From assembly GCA_963828735.1 (NCBI GenBank), contig CAWHFW010000004.1:160001-224000 (forward strand): a stretch of 64,000 nt of DNA. The letters run 5' to 3'. Shown here one piece after another: positions 33,431 through 45,140 of the stretch. Source of the DNA: an uncultured Gemmatimonadales bacterium (GTDB lineage: Bacteria > Gemmatimonadota > Gemmatimonadetes > Gemmatimonadales > GWC2-71-9). Every line of letters begins with the position of its first letter. The stretch's first letter is position 1. The notes beneath the pieces are model-generated. The model searched no databases. It was not told the origin of the DNA and saw only the letters and a list, made by a program, of their open reading frames with translations. Made by a program: the position numbers and the translations under genes.

Positions 33431-33481
33431 CTTTTCGACACTTCCCACGCATGCCCGACGACGCTCCGACCGCGACCGCCC

Positions 33482-34543
33482 GTGACCCAGGACGCTCCGC
33501 TCCGCTACGCCATCGACCAGCTGTCCCAAGGCCTCCCGCTGACGGCCGAGGCGGCCGCGGAGGCATTCGGCGTGGTCATGCGTGGGGACGCGACACCGGT
33601 GCAGACCGCCGCGTTGCTCATGGGCCTACGGGCCAAGGGCGAGACGGCCGAGGAGCTCGCGGGCGCGGCGCATGCGCTGCGGTGCGCGATGGTGCGGGTG
33701 GAAGGCGCAGCCGGCGACGGGCTGGTCGATACGTGCGGCACGGGGGGCGGACGCGTGGGCACGCTCAACATCTCGACAGCGGCGGCATTCGTCGTCGCTG
33801 GGGCGGGCGTGCCGGTCGCCAAGCACGGCAACCGGAGCTTCACATCGCGCTCGGGCTCGGCGGACGTGCTCGAAGCGCTCGGCATCGACATCTCGATCGC
33901 GCCCGCCCGGGCCGCCGGCGTGCTCCGCGAGGCGGGACTCGTGTTCCTGTTCGCGCCGACCTATCACCCCGCGATGCGGCACGTCGGACCCGTGCGCAAG
34001 GAGCTCGGCGTCACGACCATCATGAACCTGCTGGGACCGCTCGCGAATCCGGCGGGCGTCCGGCGCCAGGTGATCGGGGTCGCGACGGCGGATCGCGCGC
34101 CGCTGGTTGCGGCGGCGGTTGCGCGCCTGGGCGCGGATCACGCGCTCGTCGTTCACGCCGCGGTGGGCATGGACGAGGTGAGTCCGTCCGGTACGACACG
34201 AGTCTGGGAGGTGCGCGACGGCAGCGTCACCGACTGGGAAGTCTCGCCGAACGCGCTCGGTCTCGACTGCGACGATCTCGATGCGCTTGCCGGCGGAACG
34301 CCGGAGGAGAACGCCCACCGCGTTGAACGGTTGCTCGGTGGGGAGGGCGCCCGGGTCGAGCGGTGCGCGGTGCTCCTGAACGCGGCCGCGGCGCTCTACG
34401 TGTCCGGACGGGGCTGGACGATGGTGGAAGCGGCGAAACGGGCGACCGAGTCACTCGAGAGCGCGGCGGCGGCGCGGGCCCTTGCCGCGTTGCGCGCCGC
34501 GGCTCCGGGGGGAAAATCGTCGCTGGCGAGCCGCCCGTCCTAG
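33482..34543 (+). CDS. trpD: Anthranilate phosphoribosyltransferase
   Basis: DTCGTGG, NIST, KHGNRS, GSADVLE, NLLGPLANP. Confidence 0.95.
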   Translation: MTQDAPLRYAIDQLSQGLPLTAEAAAEAFGVVMRGDATPVQTAALLMGLRAKGETAEELAGAAHALRCAMVRVEGAAGDGLVDTCGTGGGRVGTLNISTAAAFVVAGAGVPVAKHGNRSFTSRSGSADVLEALGIDISIAPARAAGVLREAGLVFLFAPTYHPAMRHVGPVRKELGVTTIMNLLGPLANPAGVRRQVIGVATADRAPLVAAAVARLGADHALVVHAAVGMDEVSPSGTTRVWEVRDGSVTDWEVSPNALGLDCDDLDALAGGTPEENAHRVERLLGGEGARVERCAVLLNAAAALYVSGRGWTMVEAAKRATESLESAAAARALAALRAAAPGGKSSLASRPS

Positions 34544-34579
34544 GAGCACCCGACGGTGCACGGCCCGCCAGCGACGCGC

Positions 34580-35188
34580 TCAGTACTTGCGAATGACTCC
34601 GACCACGACGCCCTGAATGAGGACGTCCCGCTCCTGGAACCGCATCGGTTGCATGGTGGCGTTGGCCGGCTGCAGCCGGATCCAGCCACCGGCCTCCCGA
34701 TAGAACTTCTTGACTGTAGCCTCGCTGCCGTTGACGAGCGCGATGACCATTTCGCCGTTTTCGGCGGACTGCTTCCCGTGCACCACGACGACATCGCCGT
34801 CCATGATGTGCTCGTCGATCATGGACGTGCCCTGGACGCGGAGGGCGTAGTTGGGCCCGCGCCGCGGGAGCATCTGATCGGGCACGGCGATGGTTTCCTG
34901 ATGCATCAGCGATTCGATCGGTGTGCCCGCGGCGACCTTGCCCAGGAGCGGGATCTCGCTGGCGGCCGACGTGCCCCGCGGCGGGAGGACCTCGATGGAG
35001 CGACTCTCGTTGTACGAGCGGCGGATATATCCCTTCCGCTCGAGATTCGTCAGGTGCTCGTGCACCGTGGCGAGCGACTGAAAGCCGAACCGCTCCGCGA
35101 TCTCCTCGAAGCTGGGCGCGTAGCCCTGCTCATCGATGTGGTGCTGCAGGAACGTCAGGATTTCACTCTGTCGCTTGGTCAGGGGCAC
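34580..35188 (-). CDS. lexA: SOS repressor LexA
   Basis: LTKRQ...PSFEEIA...SLATVHEHL wHTH; VAAG cleavage site, GTSM serine, ATVK lysine; GAGGAGG RBS. Confidence 0.96.
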   Translation of the reverse strand: MPLTKRQSEILTFLQHHIDEQGYAPSFEEIAERFGFQSLATVHEHLTNLERKGYIRRSYNESRSIEVLPPRGTSAASEIPLLGKVAAGTPIESLMHQETIAVPDQMLPRRGPNYALRVQGTSMIDEHIMDGDVVVVHGKQSAENGEMVIALVNGSEATVKKFYREAGGWIRLQPANATMQPMRFQERDVLIQGVVVGVIRKY

Positions 35189-35213
35189 AATTTCCTCCTC
35201 GTGCGCGGTGCGA

Positions 35214-35260
35214 CCGAATAGAGCCCGAACAACAATACCCGAAGACTGGCCGAAGGACAA
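35214..35260 (-). promoter_or_regulatory. lexA promoter with two TTCGG-N6-TTCGG direct-repeat operator candidates
   Basis: Minus strand TTGTCC-N17-TATTGT; + strand CCGAA at 35214, 35225, 35239, 35250. Confidence 0.7.
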
Positions 35261-35261
35261 G

Positions 35262-36050
35262 ATGCCCGTAACGCTCGACCAGATCCTGAGCTCGACCCGC
35301 GACGGCCTGCCGGCGCTCCACGCCCGCCGGGCCGCGCTGGAGCGGGAAGCGGCCGACGCCCCCGTGCCGAGATCGTTCGCGGCGGCGCTCGCTCGTCAGA
35401 CTGTGGCCGTGATCGCGGAAGTGAAGCGGCGCTCGCCGTCAGCCGGAGCCATTCGCGAGGATCTCGATCCCGCGGATCGCGCCGAGCGGTACGCGCGCCA
35501 CGGGGCGGCGGCGATCTCGGTGCTCACGGATGCGCCGTATTTCGGTGGTTCGATGGGCGACCTCCGCGCGGCGGCGGCCCGGGCTCACGTACCGCTGCTC
35601 CGCAAGGACTTCGTCCTCGACGAGCTCCAGATACTCGAGGCGCGCGCGGCCGGCGCGTCGGCGGTCCTGCTCATCGTGCGCGCGCTGCCGCCAGCGCGAC
35701 TCGCGGCGCTTCTGGCGCAGGCGACGTCAGCCGGCCTCGACGCGCTGGTGGAGGTCCATACGCGGACGGAGCTGGACCAGGCGCTCAACGCGGGCGCGCG
35801 GATCCTCGGTGTGAACAGCCGCGACCTCGACACCTTCCGCATCGACACGGCCGCGGCCTGGGCGCTCCTCGGGTCCGTGCCCCCGGAGATCGTCGCGGTG
35901 GCGGAGAGCGGGATGGCCAGCGCGTCTGACGTCGAGGCCGCCGCGGCCTCGGGCGCCGATGCCGCCCTGATCGGGACCGCGCTCTCCGCGGCGGCCGATC
36001 CCGACGAGCTGCTCGAGCGCCTGAGCCGGATCACTCGCCATGGGCGCTGA
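35262..36050 (+). CDS. trpC: Indole-3-glycerol phosphate synthase
   Basis: IAEVKRRSPS, SVLTD, LRKDF, LVEVH, GVNSRDL, AESG. Confidence 0.95.
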   Translation: MPVTLDQILSSTRDGLPALHARRAALEREAADAPVPRSFAAALARQTVAVIAEVKRRSPSAGAIREDLDPADRAERYARHGAAAISVLTDAPYFGGSMGDLRAAAARAHVPLLRKDFVLDELQILEARAAGASAVLLIVRALPPARLAALLAQATSAGLDALVEVHTRTELDQALNAGARILGVNSRDLDTFRIDTAAAWALLGSVPPEIVAVAESGMASASDVEAAAASGADAALIGTALSAAADPDELLERLSRITRHGR

Positions 36051-36673
36051 GGGTGGCACGCAGGTCAAGATCTGCGGGCTCACGCGCCCCCGCGATGCGG
36101 CGGTCGCGGCGGGCGCCGGGGCGGCCTACCTGGGCGTCGTTTTTGCTGGTGGGCCACGGGTCGTCACCGTCGAGGGTGCGGCCGCCATCCGCGAGGCCGC
36201 CGACCGGGTCCCGGTCTTCGGAGTTTTCGGCGCCCAACCCATCGAGGAGATCCTGCGGATAAGCCGCCGGGCTGGGCTCGCCGGCGCACAGCTCCACGGC
36301 CCGTACCGACGGCAGGACGCCGTCCGTCTCCGAGCCGAGGGGCTGCTCGTCTGGCGGGTGGTGCGAATCGCCGCTCCGGCCGATCTCGACACGCTGTTCG
36401 AGGCTGCCCGGGACGCCGACGCTGTGCTGGTGGAGCCGCGGGTTCCGCACGCGGCAGGCGGAGCGGGCGTTTCGCTGGACCTCGCCGTGGCTCGCGAGGC
36501 CCGCTCTCGCCTGGCGGACTCGAGGATGGTGCTGGCGGGGGGGTTGGTGCCGGACACCGTCGGCGAAGCCGTGGCCCTCGTTCGACCCGAGGTGGTGGAT
36601 GTAAGTTCCGGGGTGGAGCACCTGCCGGGCATCAAGGACCCTGACAAAATCGCGCGCTTTCTGGAGGCGGTGA

Positions 36674-36696
<23 letters not shown>
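36040..36696 (+). CDS. trpF: Phosphoribosylanthranilate isomerase
   Basis: [24 protein letters not shown]. Confidence 0.93.
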
Positions 36697-37872
<1,176 letters not shown>

Positions 37873-37876
<4 letters not shown>

Positions 37877-39567
37877 CCAGCGGCCCGCCGCCGACCGAGA
37901 TCCTCCCCGTCTCGCAGGTCGCCGAGCTCATCAACGGCCTGGTGAAGGCGCTCCGCGCCTATCACATGTACCTGCCCAACAATCCCATCTACCAGCGGGC
38001 GAGCGACAACCTGCGGATCGCGTTTCAACCGATCTGGGCGGTGCTCGACGAGCTGACCCTGACAGTGGCGGAGACCGACTTCGTCTGGGAGGAGCAGGTG
38101 GTGTACCACCAGCTCAACAAGACGGAGAGCGTCGCCTGGGGGCTGTTCAAGGACGGCATGCGCTCGCTGACGATCCGTCGCGGAGCGGAGCACGAGGAAC
38201 TGCCACGATTCCTCGAGACGATCAACCGGGCGCGCTTCCTCCCCGCGGATGCAGGCGACGATCTGCTGACCCTGCTGTGGGAGCAGGAGTTCGAGTTCAT
38301 CTCCTACAAGTTCATCGAGTTCTTCGGCGGAGACGGCGGGGTCCCGGAGCAGACGGGGACCTACACCACCGCCGGGGCCGATGCCCAGCAGGCGGCCAAC
38401 GATCGGCGCGCCGCCGCCGCCCAGGAGGCCCCGCCACGGCCCAAGGGCGTCGTCGACCTCGAGGAGTTCGATTCGACGCTCTACTTCCTCGAGGAGCGGG
38501 AGATCAATCAGGTGGCCGCGGCCGTCGAGGACGAATACCGTCGCGACGTGCGCTTCGCCGCGCTCAACGTCCTGTTCGACCTGTTCGAGCTCCAGGGCGA
38601 GGAGCCGATCCGCGGCGAGATTCTCGGCGCTCTCGAAGCGCTCTTCCCCAACTTCCTGAACGCCAGGGATTTTCGCACCGCCGCCACGGTACTGCGGGAG
38701 ACGCGCCTGCTGGGCCAGCGCGCGCCGGGGCTCGTGCCGGCGCACGTGGCAAGGCTGGACGGGTTCATCGCGAAGCTGAGCGAGCCGGCCATCGTGAGCC
38801 AGCTGGTCCAGTCGCTCGATGAAGCGCCGGCTCTCGCCGGCGAGGCCACGGTCGGGGAAGTGCTGCGGGAGCTCCGCGCCTCGGCGCTCGAGCCCATTCT
38901 GACCTGGATTCCGAACCTGTCCGCGCCGGCACTTCGGCAGGCGCTCGAGGGGGTCGCGGACCGGCTCGCGGAAGCCCACCCGGCGGAAGTGTTGCGTATC
39001 CTGCGCTCTCCCGAGTCCGAGGCGCTCGCGGCGGTGGTGGCCTTGTGCGGCCGCCTCCAGCTGGTGCAGACGGTGCCCGGACTTGGCGAGACCGTGGTGC
39101 ACAAGGACCCGGCCGTCCGCCTCGCCTCGGTGCAGGCGCTCGGCCAGCTCGGCACGCCGGCGGCGCTGGCGTTCATCGAGAAGGCGCTGGAGGACGGGGA
39201 CCGCGGCATTCGCCTGGCGGCGGTTCGGGCCGTCGGCGGGCGCGGCTACAAGGGGGCCCAGCGCCGGATCGAGGGCCTGGTGCTCGGGAAGGCCGTCGGC
39301 GAGATGGACCTGACGGAGAAGATGGCGTTCTTCGAGGCGTACGGCGCGATCGCCGGGGCCGCGGCGATCAAGCCGCTGACCGGCCTGCTGGCGCCGCGCG
39401 GGCTGCTCCGCATGAAGGAGGCCTCGGAGACGCGCGCGTGCGCCGCGATCGCCCTGGGGAAGATCCGGACCCCGGAGGCCCGTGAGGTGCTGCAGCGCGC
39501 CGCCGAGGACAAGGACCTCGTGGTCCGGAACGCCGTGAGCCGCGCGCTCCGGGACAGCGCGACGTGA
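37873..39567 (+). CDS. HEAT-repeat protein with unassigned N-terminal domain
   Basis: C-terminal repeats [53 protein letters not shown] overlaps on both sides. Confidence 0.85.
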
Positions 39568-41021
39568 CCACGCCCGCTGAGCAGGCGTCCAGCACGGCGG
39601 CGGACGGCCGGCTCCGCCAGGGCGGTCGCGTCCTCCTGCTGGCCCTTTACACCGCGCTCCGCAGTCTCAAGCTGTACCCCGTCGAGAACACCACCGTGCA
39701 GAAGGCGCTGGACGACCTGGACACGTCGTCGCGCTCGCTGCTCGCCCAGGAGACCGATCTCGAGATCCGGCTCGCGGGCGACTTCATCTTCGTGAACGCC
39801 ACCCGCCTCCGACTCGAGCTCGACAACTACGCCTCGTTCAGCCACATCCTCGCCATGCTTCGCGCGTTCTCGATCGGCGGCCTTCGCGTGCACGCGACGG
39901 CCAACCGGCGCGAGTGGCAGATCCTCCTGAGCCTGCTGCTCAGTCTCTCGGAGCGGGGCGAGCCGGACGACCGGTTCGACGAGCTGGCCGAGCGGCTGGG
40001 CGGTGCGCAGGTCCAGGGGATCGGGATCGAGCGCGCCGTTCACCAGGAGGACGACCCGGACGCCGAGCAGGCGAAGGAGCAGGCCAAGCGCATCTACTCG
40101 CAGGGCGTGGCGGTCACCAAGGACGTCATCACCGGCGCGCGACTGGGCAGGGCCACCAGCGTCAAGCGGGTCAAGCGCGCCGTGCAGCTCATCGTGGACC
40201 AGGTGCTCAACAACGAGACGTCGCTCGTCGGACTGACCACCATTCGCGACTACGACGAGTACACGTTCACCCACTCGGTGAACGTCTGCATCTTCTCGGT
40301 GGCCCTCGGCAAGAAGCTCGGGTTCACCAAGCTCCAGCTCTACGACCTGGGCATGACGGCACTGCTGCACGACGTCGGCAAGGCGCGGGTGCCCGTGGAA
40401 ATCCTCAACAAGACCACCGGGCTCGACGAGCAGGAATGGCGGATCATGCAGGGCCATCCGTGGCTCGGCGCGCTCACGCTGTTCGCCATGCGCGCGCAGG
40501 ACGAGGTGCCGTACCGCTCGATCCTCGTGGCGCACGAGCACCACATGAAGACGGATCTGACGGGATATCCCAAGCACGTCCGCGACCGCTCGCTCGGCAT
40601 CTTCTCCCGCATCGTATCGGTGGCTGACGGCTTCGACGCCGCGACCACGCGGCGGAGCTATCAGACGATTCCGATCGAGCCCGACCAGGTGCTGCGCGAG
40701 ATGTGGCAGAACCCGAAGCGCGGCTACGACGGGATCCTCGTGAAGGCGCTCATCAATCTGATCGGCATCTACCCGGTCGGCACCTGCGTCATCCTCGACA
40801 CGTTCGAGGTGGCCCTCGTGGCCGCGCCGAACCCCGAAGGGCAGCAGCTCAACCGGCCGCTGGTGCGCATCGCGGTCGACGCGGACGGCGGCCTCGTGCC
40901 GCCGCCCGGCACGCTGGTCAGTCTGACGGAGCAGGACGACACGGGGGCGTTCCGCCGCTCGATCGTCAAGGTGACCAACCCGGACCGCTACGGGCTGACG
41001 GTTGGCGACTACTTTGTCTGA
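39564..41021 (+). CDS. HD-GYP cyclic-di-nucleotide phosphodiesterase
   Basis: YTFTHSVNV, LLHDVGK, HPWLG, HEHHMKTDLTGYP, VADGFDA, RRSY. Confidence 0.9.
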   Translation: MTTPAEQASSTAADGRLRQGGRVLLLALYTALRSLKLYPVENTTVQKALDDLDTSSRSLLAQETDLEIRLAGDFIFVNATRLRLELDNYASFSHILAMLRAFSIGGLRVHATANRREWQILLSLLLSLSERGEPDDRFDELAERLGGAQVQGIGIERAVHQEDDPDAEQAKEQAKRIYSQGVAVTKDVITGARLGRATSVKRVKRAVQLIVDQVLNNETSLVGLTTIRDYDEYTFTHSVNVCIFSVALGKKLGFTKLQLYDLGMTALLHDVGKARVPVEILNKTTGLDEQEWRIMQGHPWLGALTLFAMRAQDEVPYRSILVAHEHHMKTDLTGYPKHVRDRSLGIFSRIVSVADGFDAATTRRSYQTIPIEPDQVLREMWQNPKRGYDGILVKALINLIGIYPVGTCVILDTFEVALVAAPNPEGQQLNRPLVRIAVDADGGLVPPPGTLVSLTEQDDTGAFRRSIVKVTNPDRYGLTVGDYFV

Positions 41022-41811
41022 GTCGCGGTTGGCGCCGGCGTGGTCGGGGCTCAAGGCCCGGGGCCGCACGGCACTGATCCCCTACCTGACCGCCGGCTAT
41101 CCCTCCACCGAGACGAGCCTCGACGCGCTCCGCGTGGCGGACGAGGTCGCGGACATCCTCGAGGTGGGTGTTCCCTTCAGCGATCCGCTGGCTGACGGGC
41201 CCACCATCCAGCGCTCCACGTTCGACGCGCTGCGCCAGGGCATGACGCTCGCCGGCACGCTGGCGCTGATCGAGCGGGCGCGCCTTCGGCGCCCGGTGGT
41301 GGTCTTCAGCTACGTCAATCCCATTCTCCGGTACGGCCTCGGGCGCTTCCTCCAGGATGCCGACGCGCTCGGGATCGCCGGCCTGCTGCTCACGGACCTG
41401 CCGGCCGGGAGCGATCCGCCGTTCGAATCGGCGGTCCAGGAAAGCTCCCTCGACCTGATCCGGCTCATCGCGCCCACCACGCGTCCCGACCGACTCGCGG
41501 CCGCGGTCGAGGGAGCGCAGGGCTTCGTCTATCTCGTCGCGCGCCTGGGCGTGACGGGCGCGACCGCTTCGCTGGCGGAGGGACTCGGGGCGTCCATCGC
41601 GCAGGTCCGCCACGCGACGCCGTTACCCGTCGCCGTGGGCTTCGGCATCTCCACGCCCGACCAGGCGCGCACCGTGGCGACACAGGCCGACGGCGTCGTG
41701 GTCGGCAGCGCGCTGGTCGATGCACTCGGCGCGCGCGGCGTGGACGCGGCCCGCGAGCTTCTCGTCGCCCTGCGGCAGGCGCTCGACGGCCCACCCGGGG
41801 GGACTCGATGA
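41002..41811 (+). CDS. trpA: Tryptophan synthase alpha chain
   Basis: [42 protein letters not shown]. Confidence 0.96.
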   Translation: MATTLSESRLAPAWSGLKARGRTALIPYLTAGYPSTETSLDALRVADEVADILEVGVPFSDPLADGPTIQRSTFDALRQGMTLAGTLALIERARLRRPVVVFSYVNPILRYGLGRFLQDADALGIAGLLLTDLPAGSDPPFESAVQESSLDLIRLIAPTTRPDRLAAAVEGAQGFVYLVARLGVTGATASLAEGLGASIAQVRHATPLPVAVGFGISTPDQARTVATQADGVVVGSALVDALGARGVDAARELLVALRQALDGPPGGTR

Positions 41812-43889
41812 GCGCCCGCGTGCAGCGGCTGGTGGACGGGTACGCCCGAGGGCTCGCGCTGGGCGGCGCGGGCGTTGCGTTGCTCTATCTGGCGGTCGAC
41901 CGAGACTGGGCGTCGCGTCCGGTCACCTCGCTCGTCATGGCCCTCGCCGTCTTCGCGCTGCGGGCCTCGCCGGTTCGACTCAGCAAGTATTCCTACCTTA
42001 CGCAGTCCGGCGTGGCGGCGCTCGTGGGCGCGGTGTCCGTCGGGACCGCGCCGGTCGTGCTCGCCCTGTGGCTCGGCGTCTTCACCTCCGACCTGCTCTG
42101 GCTCCGTAAGCTGCCCCGCGCGGGCGTGATCAATGCGGGCCGGGAGGTCCTCGCCTTCGCCGCGGCATACGGGCCCTACGCGGGGGTGCTCGCCCTGACC
42201 GGCCAGCCCGATCTCTCGCTCGATCTGCTGCCGGCCGTCACCATCCTCGTGTGCGGGTACTTCTTCGCGACGCGCGCGCTGTTCTACTTCACCCTCCTCC
42301 TGCGCGACAAGCTCGAGTACGCCGAGAAGATCCTGATCCTCCGGTGGGAAATCATCTCCTACCTGCTCACGGTGATCGCCTCGGTCGTGATCGTCGCCGC
42401 GCTTCGCGGGCTGTCGCCGGTCGGGTGGGTGGCCGTGGCGCTCGCGCTGGGCGTGCTCGGCGTGCTCACCCGGCGGATCCTCGAGGAGGCCATCGGCGCC
42501 GAAGACCTGAACAAGGTGCACCTGATGGAGACGGCGATCGCGAGCAACGCCACGCTGCAGGGCTCCTTCGATCAGATCGAGCGTCTCGCCTATCGGCTGC
42601 TCGACTGGGGCGATTTCCGGATCTACCGGGTCGTCGACGGCACGCCCTCGCTGGCCTATCGCGGCACGCTGGGGCGGCCGAACCGTGGCGAGCCGCCCCA
42701 AGGCGCGGCGCCGCTTCGCGCGCAGGCCATCGCGGAGAACCGGGTCGTCGAGGTGAAGGACGCGGGCTCGGATCCGCGCGTGCCCCTTCCGATGCTGGAG
42801 GTGGGCAGCCTGGTCATCCACCCGATCCGGTTCGGCGAGGAGCTGCTGGGAACGCTCGAGGTGGACCACCCCAAGCGTCATACCTACGGCTCGAAGGATC
42901 TCACGGCGCTCAGCACGCTCGGGACCCAGATCGCGACCGCGATCCACATCGCGGAGCTCCGCCGTCCGCTCCTCGGCACGGTCGAGCAGATCGGCCAGCA
43001 GGTGACCGCGCTGGCCCGGGTGACCGAGTCCCTGCGGGGGTCCGCCCTCGCGCTCGCCGAGGCGTCCCAAGGCATGCGGCAGGGCGTGGGCGAGCTCGAG
43101 TCGTTCGTCGCCGACGGGCTCCGGGCCACCGATTCGCTCGGCGCCGCGTCGCGGGTGATGGCCGACCAGGGTGCCCGGGCCGCGGACGCGAGCGGCACGG
43201 CGGTGGAGGTCGCCGCGCAGAACCGGGCGGTGATCGGCGAGGCGATCAGCCGGCTGGTGGGGCTCAACGCCTTCGTGTCCACGAGCGTGCAGCAGGTGGG
43301 CGCCCTCGGCGCCATGACGAGCCGGATCAAGGGCTTCATCGGCACCATCCGGGAAATCGCCGACCTCACCAATCTGATCGCCCTCAATGCCGCGATCGAA
43401 GCGGCCCGCGCGGGGGCGGAAGGCCGCGGCTTCGCCGTCGTGGCCGACGAAGTGCGCGAACTCGCCGCGCAAAGCCTGCACGCCGCCGGCGAGGCGCGCT
43501 CGCTGCTCGAGGAGATCACGACCCAGGTCGAAGCGGTCTCGGGGGAGATGGCGCGCGGGCGCGAGGCCGTGACGGGCGTGGAGGAGCTGAGCGCCGACGC
43601 GGCGAGCGCGCTCGATGCCATCGTGGGAACGACCGGCGAGGCGGAGAGCCACGCCCGCGCCATCGCCACCACGGCCGCCGAGCAGCTGCGCGCCGTGGAC
43701 GGCTTGACGGGGCAGATCCGTCGCGTCGCCGCGGGATCGGCCCGCACGCTCAGCGAGACCGAGACGCTCGCCCGCCGCGCGGCCGAGACCGCGGCAGGGC
43801 AGGCCGACCTCGAACGCGCCATCCGCGAGCTCGGGGAGGTGGCGTCCGATCTGCAGCGCATCGCGCAGCATTTCGTCGTGGAGACGTAG
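41808..43889 (+). CDS. Methyl-accepting chemotaxis protein with polytopic membrane domain and GAF
   Basis: Several hydrophobic segments; GAF-like [56 protein letters not shown] hairpin. Confidence 0.9.
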   Translation: MSARVQRLVDGYARGLALGGAGVALLYLAVDRDWASRPVTSLVMALAVFALRASPVRLSKYSYLTQSGVAALVGAVSVGTAPVVLALWLGVFTSDLLWLRKLPRAGVINAGREVLAFAAAYGPYAGVLALTGQPDLSLDLLPAVTILVCGYFFATRALFYFTLLLRDKLEYAEKILILRWEIISYLLTVIASVVIVAALRGLSPVGWVAVALALGVLGVLTRRILEEAIGAEDLNKVHLMETAIASNATLQGSFDQIERLAYRLLDWGDFRIYRVVDGTPSLAYRGTLGRPNRGEPPQGAAPLRAQAIAENRVVEVKDAGSDPRVPLPMLEVGSLVIHPIRFGEELLGTLEVDHPKRHTYGSKDLTALSTLGTQIATAIHIAELRRPLLGTVEQIGQQVTALARVTESLRGSALALAEASQGMRQGVGELESFVADGLRATDSLGAASRVMADQGARAADASGTAVEVAAQNRAVIGEAISRLVGLNAFVSTSVQQVGALGAMTSRIKGFIGTIREIADLTNLIALNAAIEAARAGAEGRGFAVVADEVRELAAQSLHAAGEARSLLEEITTQVEAVSGEMARGREAVTGVEELSADAASALDAIVGTTGEAESHARAIATTAAEQLRAVDGLTGQIRRVAAGSARTLSETETLARRAAETAAGQADLERAIRELGEVASDLQRIAQHFVVET

Positions 43890-43890
43890 T

Positions 43891-44313
43891 GTGACGCCTG
43901 CGGTCGAGGCCGCCTACGTGGCGCTCGGCAGCAATCTGGGAGACCGCGCCGGCCACCTCGCGGCCGCGCGTGCCGCCCTCGGCGCCTTGCCGGACACCCG
44001 GCTGGTGGCCGCCTCGACCGTCGAGGAAACCGCGCCGCTGGCCGGAAAAGAGCAGCCGCCGTACCTCAATCAGATGGTGTTGCTCGCGACCGGCCTGGCC
44101 CCCAGGGCGCTGCTCCAGGCATGCCAGGCCATCGAGCGCGCCGAGGGGCGCGTCCGGGCGGAGCACTGGGGGTCGCGCACCCTCGACCTGGACATCGTCC
44201 GCTTCGGCCAGCGGCGCGTGGCGGAGCCCGACCTTATCATTCCCCATCCCGAGCTGGCCAACCGCGACTTCTGGCAGCGAGAGCTGGCGGAGCTCAAGGC
44301 CCATGAACGCTGA
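43891..44313 (+). CDS. folK: HPPK, 6-hydroxymethyl-7,8-dihydropterin pyrophosphokinase
   Basis: ALGSNLG, YLNQ, WGSRTLDLDI, IPHP. Confidence 0.93.
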   Translation: MTPAVEAAYVALGSNLGDRAGHLAAARAALGALPDTRLVAASTVEETAPLAGKEQPPYLNQMVLLATGLAPRALLQACQAIERAEGRVRAEHWGSRTLDLDIVRFGQRRVAEPDLIIPHPELANRDFWQRELAELKAHER

Positions 44314-45115
44314 TGCGCGACCGCTCACGGTGCTCGACCTGCCGGCCATGAAGGCGGCAGGCCGTCGCATCGTGATGCTGACCTGCTACGACGCCGCGTT
44401 CGCGCGCCTGCTCGATCAGGCCGGAGTGGACGTCCTGCTCGTGGGCGACTCGCTCAACCAGGTGATCGCGGGCGAGGAAACGACGCTCAGCGCCAGCCTC
44501 GACCAGATGATCTACCACGCGGCGGCCGTTCGCCGGGGCGCGCCGCGGTCGCTCCTGCTGGTTGACCTCCCCTTCCTCACCTACCAGGTGTCGGTGCCGG
44601 AGGCGATCCGCAACGCGGGCCGCGTGCTGCAGGAGACGGGCGCGCAGGGGGTCAAGCTCGAGGGCGGGCGCCCCATGGTGGAGACCGTGCGCGCGCTGGT
44701 GGAACGGGGCATTCCGGTGCTCGGCCACCTGGGACTGACGCCGCAATCGGTCCACGCGCTCGGCGGGTATCGCGTGCAGGGCCGCGACCATCCCGCAGCC
44801 GAACGGCTGCTCGCCGATGCGAGCGCGCTGGAGGAGGCGGGCGCGTGCGGCGTCGTGCTCGAGCTCGTGCCGACCGCCCTGGCCGAGCGGGTTTCGAAGG
44901 CGCTCGCCATCCCCACCATCGGGATCGGTGCGGGCGCGGGATGCGACGGCCAGGTGCTCGTCCTGCACGACATGCTCGGCCTCAACGAGGGGTTCAATCC
45001 GAAGTTCCTCAAGCGCTACGGTGCGCTGGGTGAAGCGGTCCGCCAGGCGGTTCGGGCCTACGCCGCGGAGGTGCGCGACGGCTCGTATCCCGGCCCCGAG
45101 CACAGCTTCGACTGA
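44303..45115 (+). CDS. panB: 3-methyl-2-oxobutanoate hydroxymethyltransferase
   Basis: LTCYD, LVGDS, VKLEGG, GHLGLTPQ, IGIGAG, DGQVLV. Confidence 0.96.
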   Translation: MNADARPLTVLDLPAMKAAGRRIVMLTCYDAAFARLLDQAGVDVLLVGDSLNQVIAGEETTLSASLDQMIYHAAAVRRGAPRSLLLVDLPFLTYQVSVPEAIRNAGRVLQETGAQGVKLEGGRPMVETVRALVERGIPVLGHLGLTPQSVHALGGYRVQGRDHPAAERLLADASALEEAGACGVVLELVPTALAERVSKALAIPTIGIGAGAGCDGQVLVLHDMLGLNEGFNPKFLKRYGALGEAVRQAVRAYAAEVRDGSYPGPEHSFD

Positions 45116-45140
45116 CCGCGCCGCTGCCCGTCTTCCTCCC

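Noticed and set aside
33451..33481. Trp attenuator leader peptide before trpD
   Set aside because: The ATG at 33451 opens a long out-of-frame shadow ORF with no early tandem Trp codons and no terminator.
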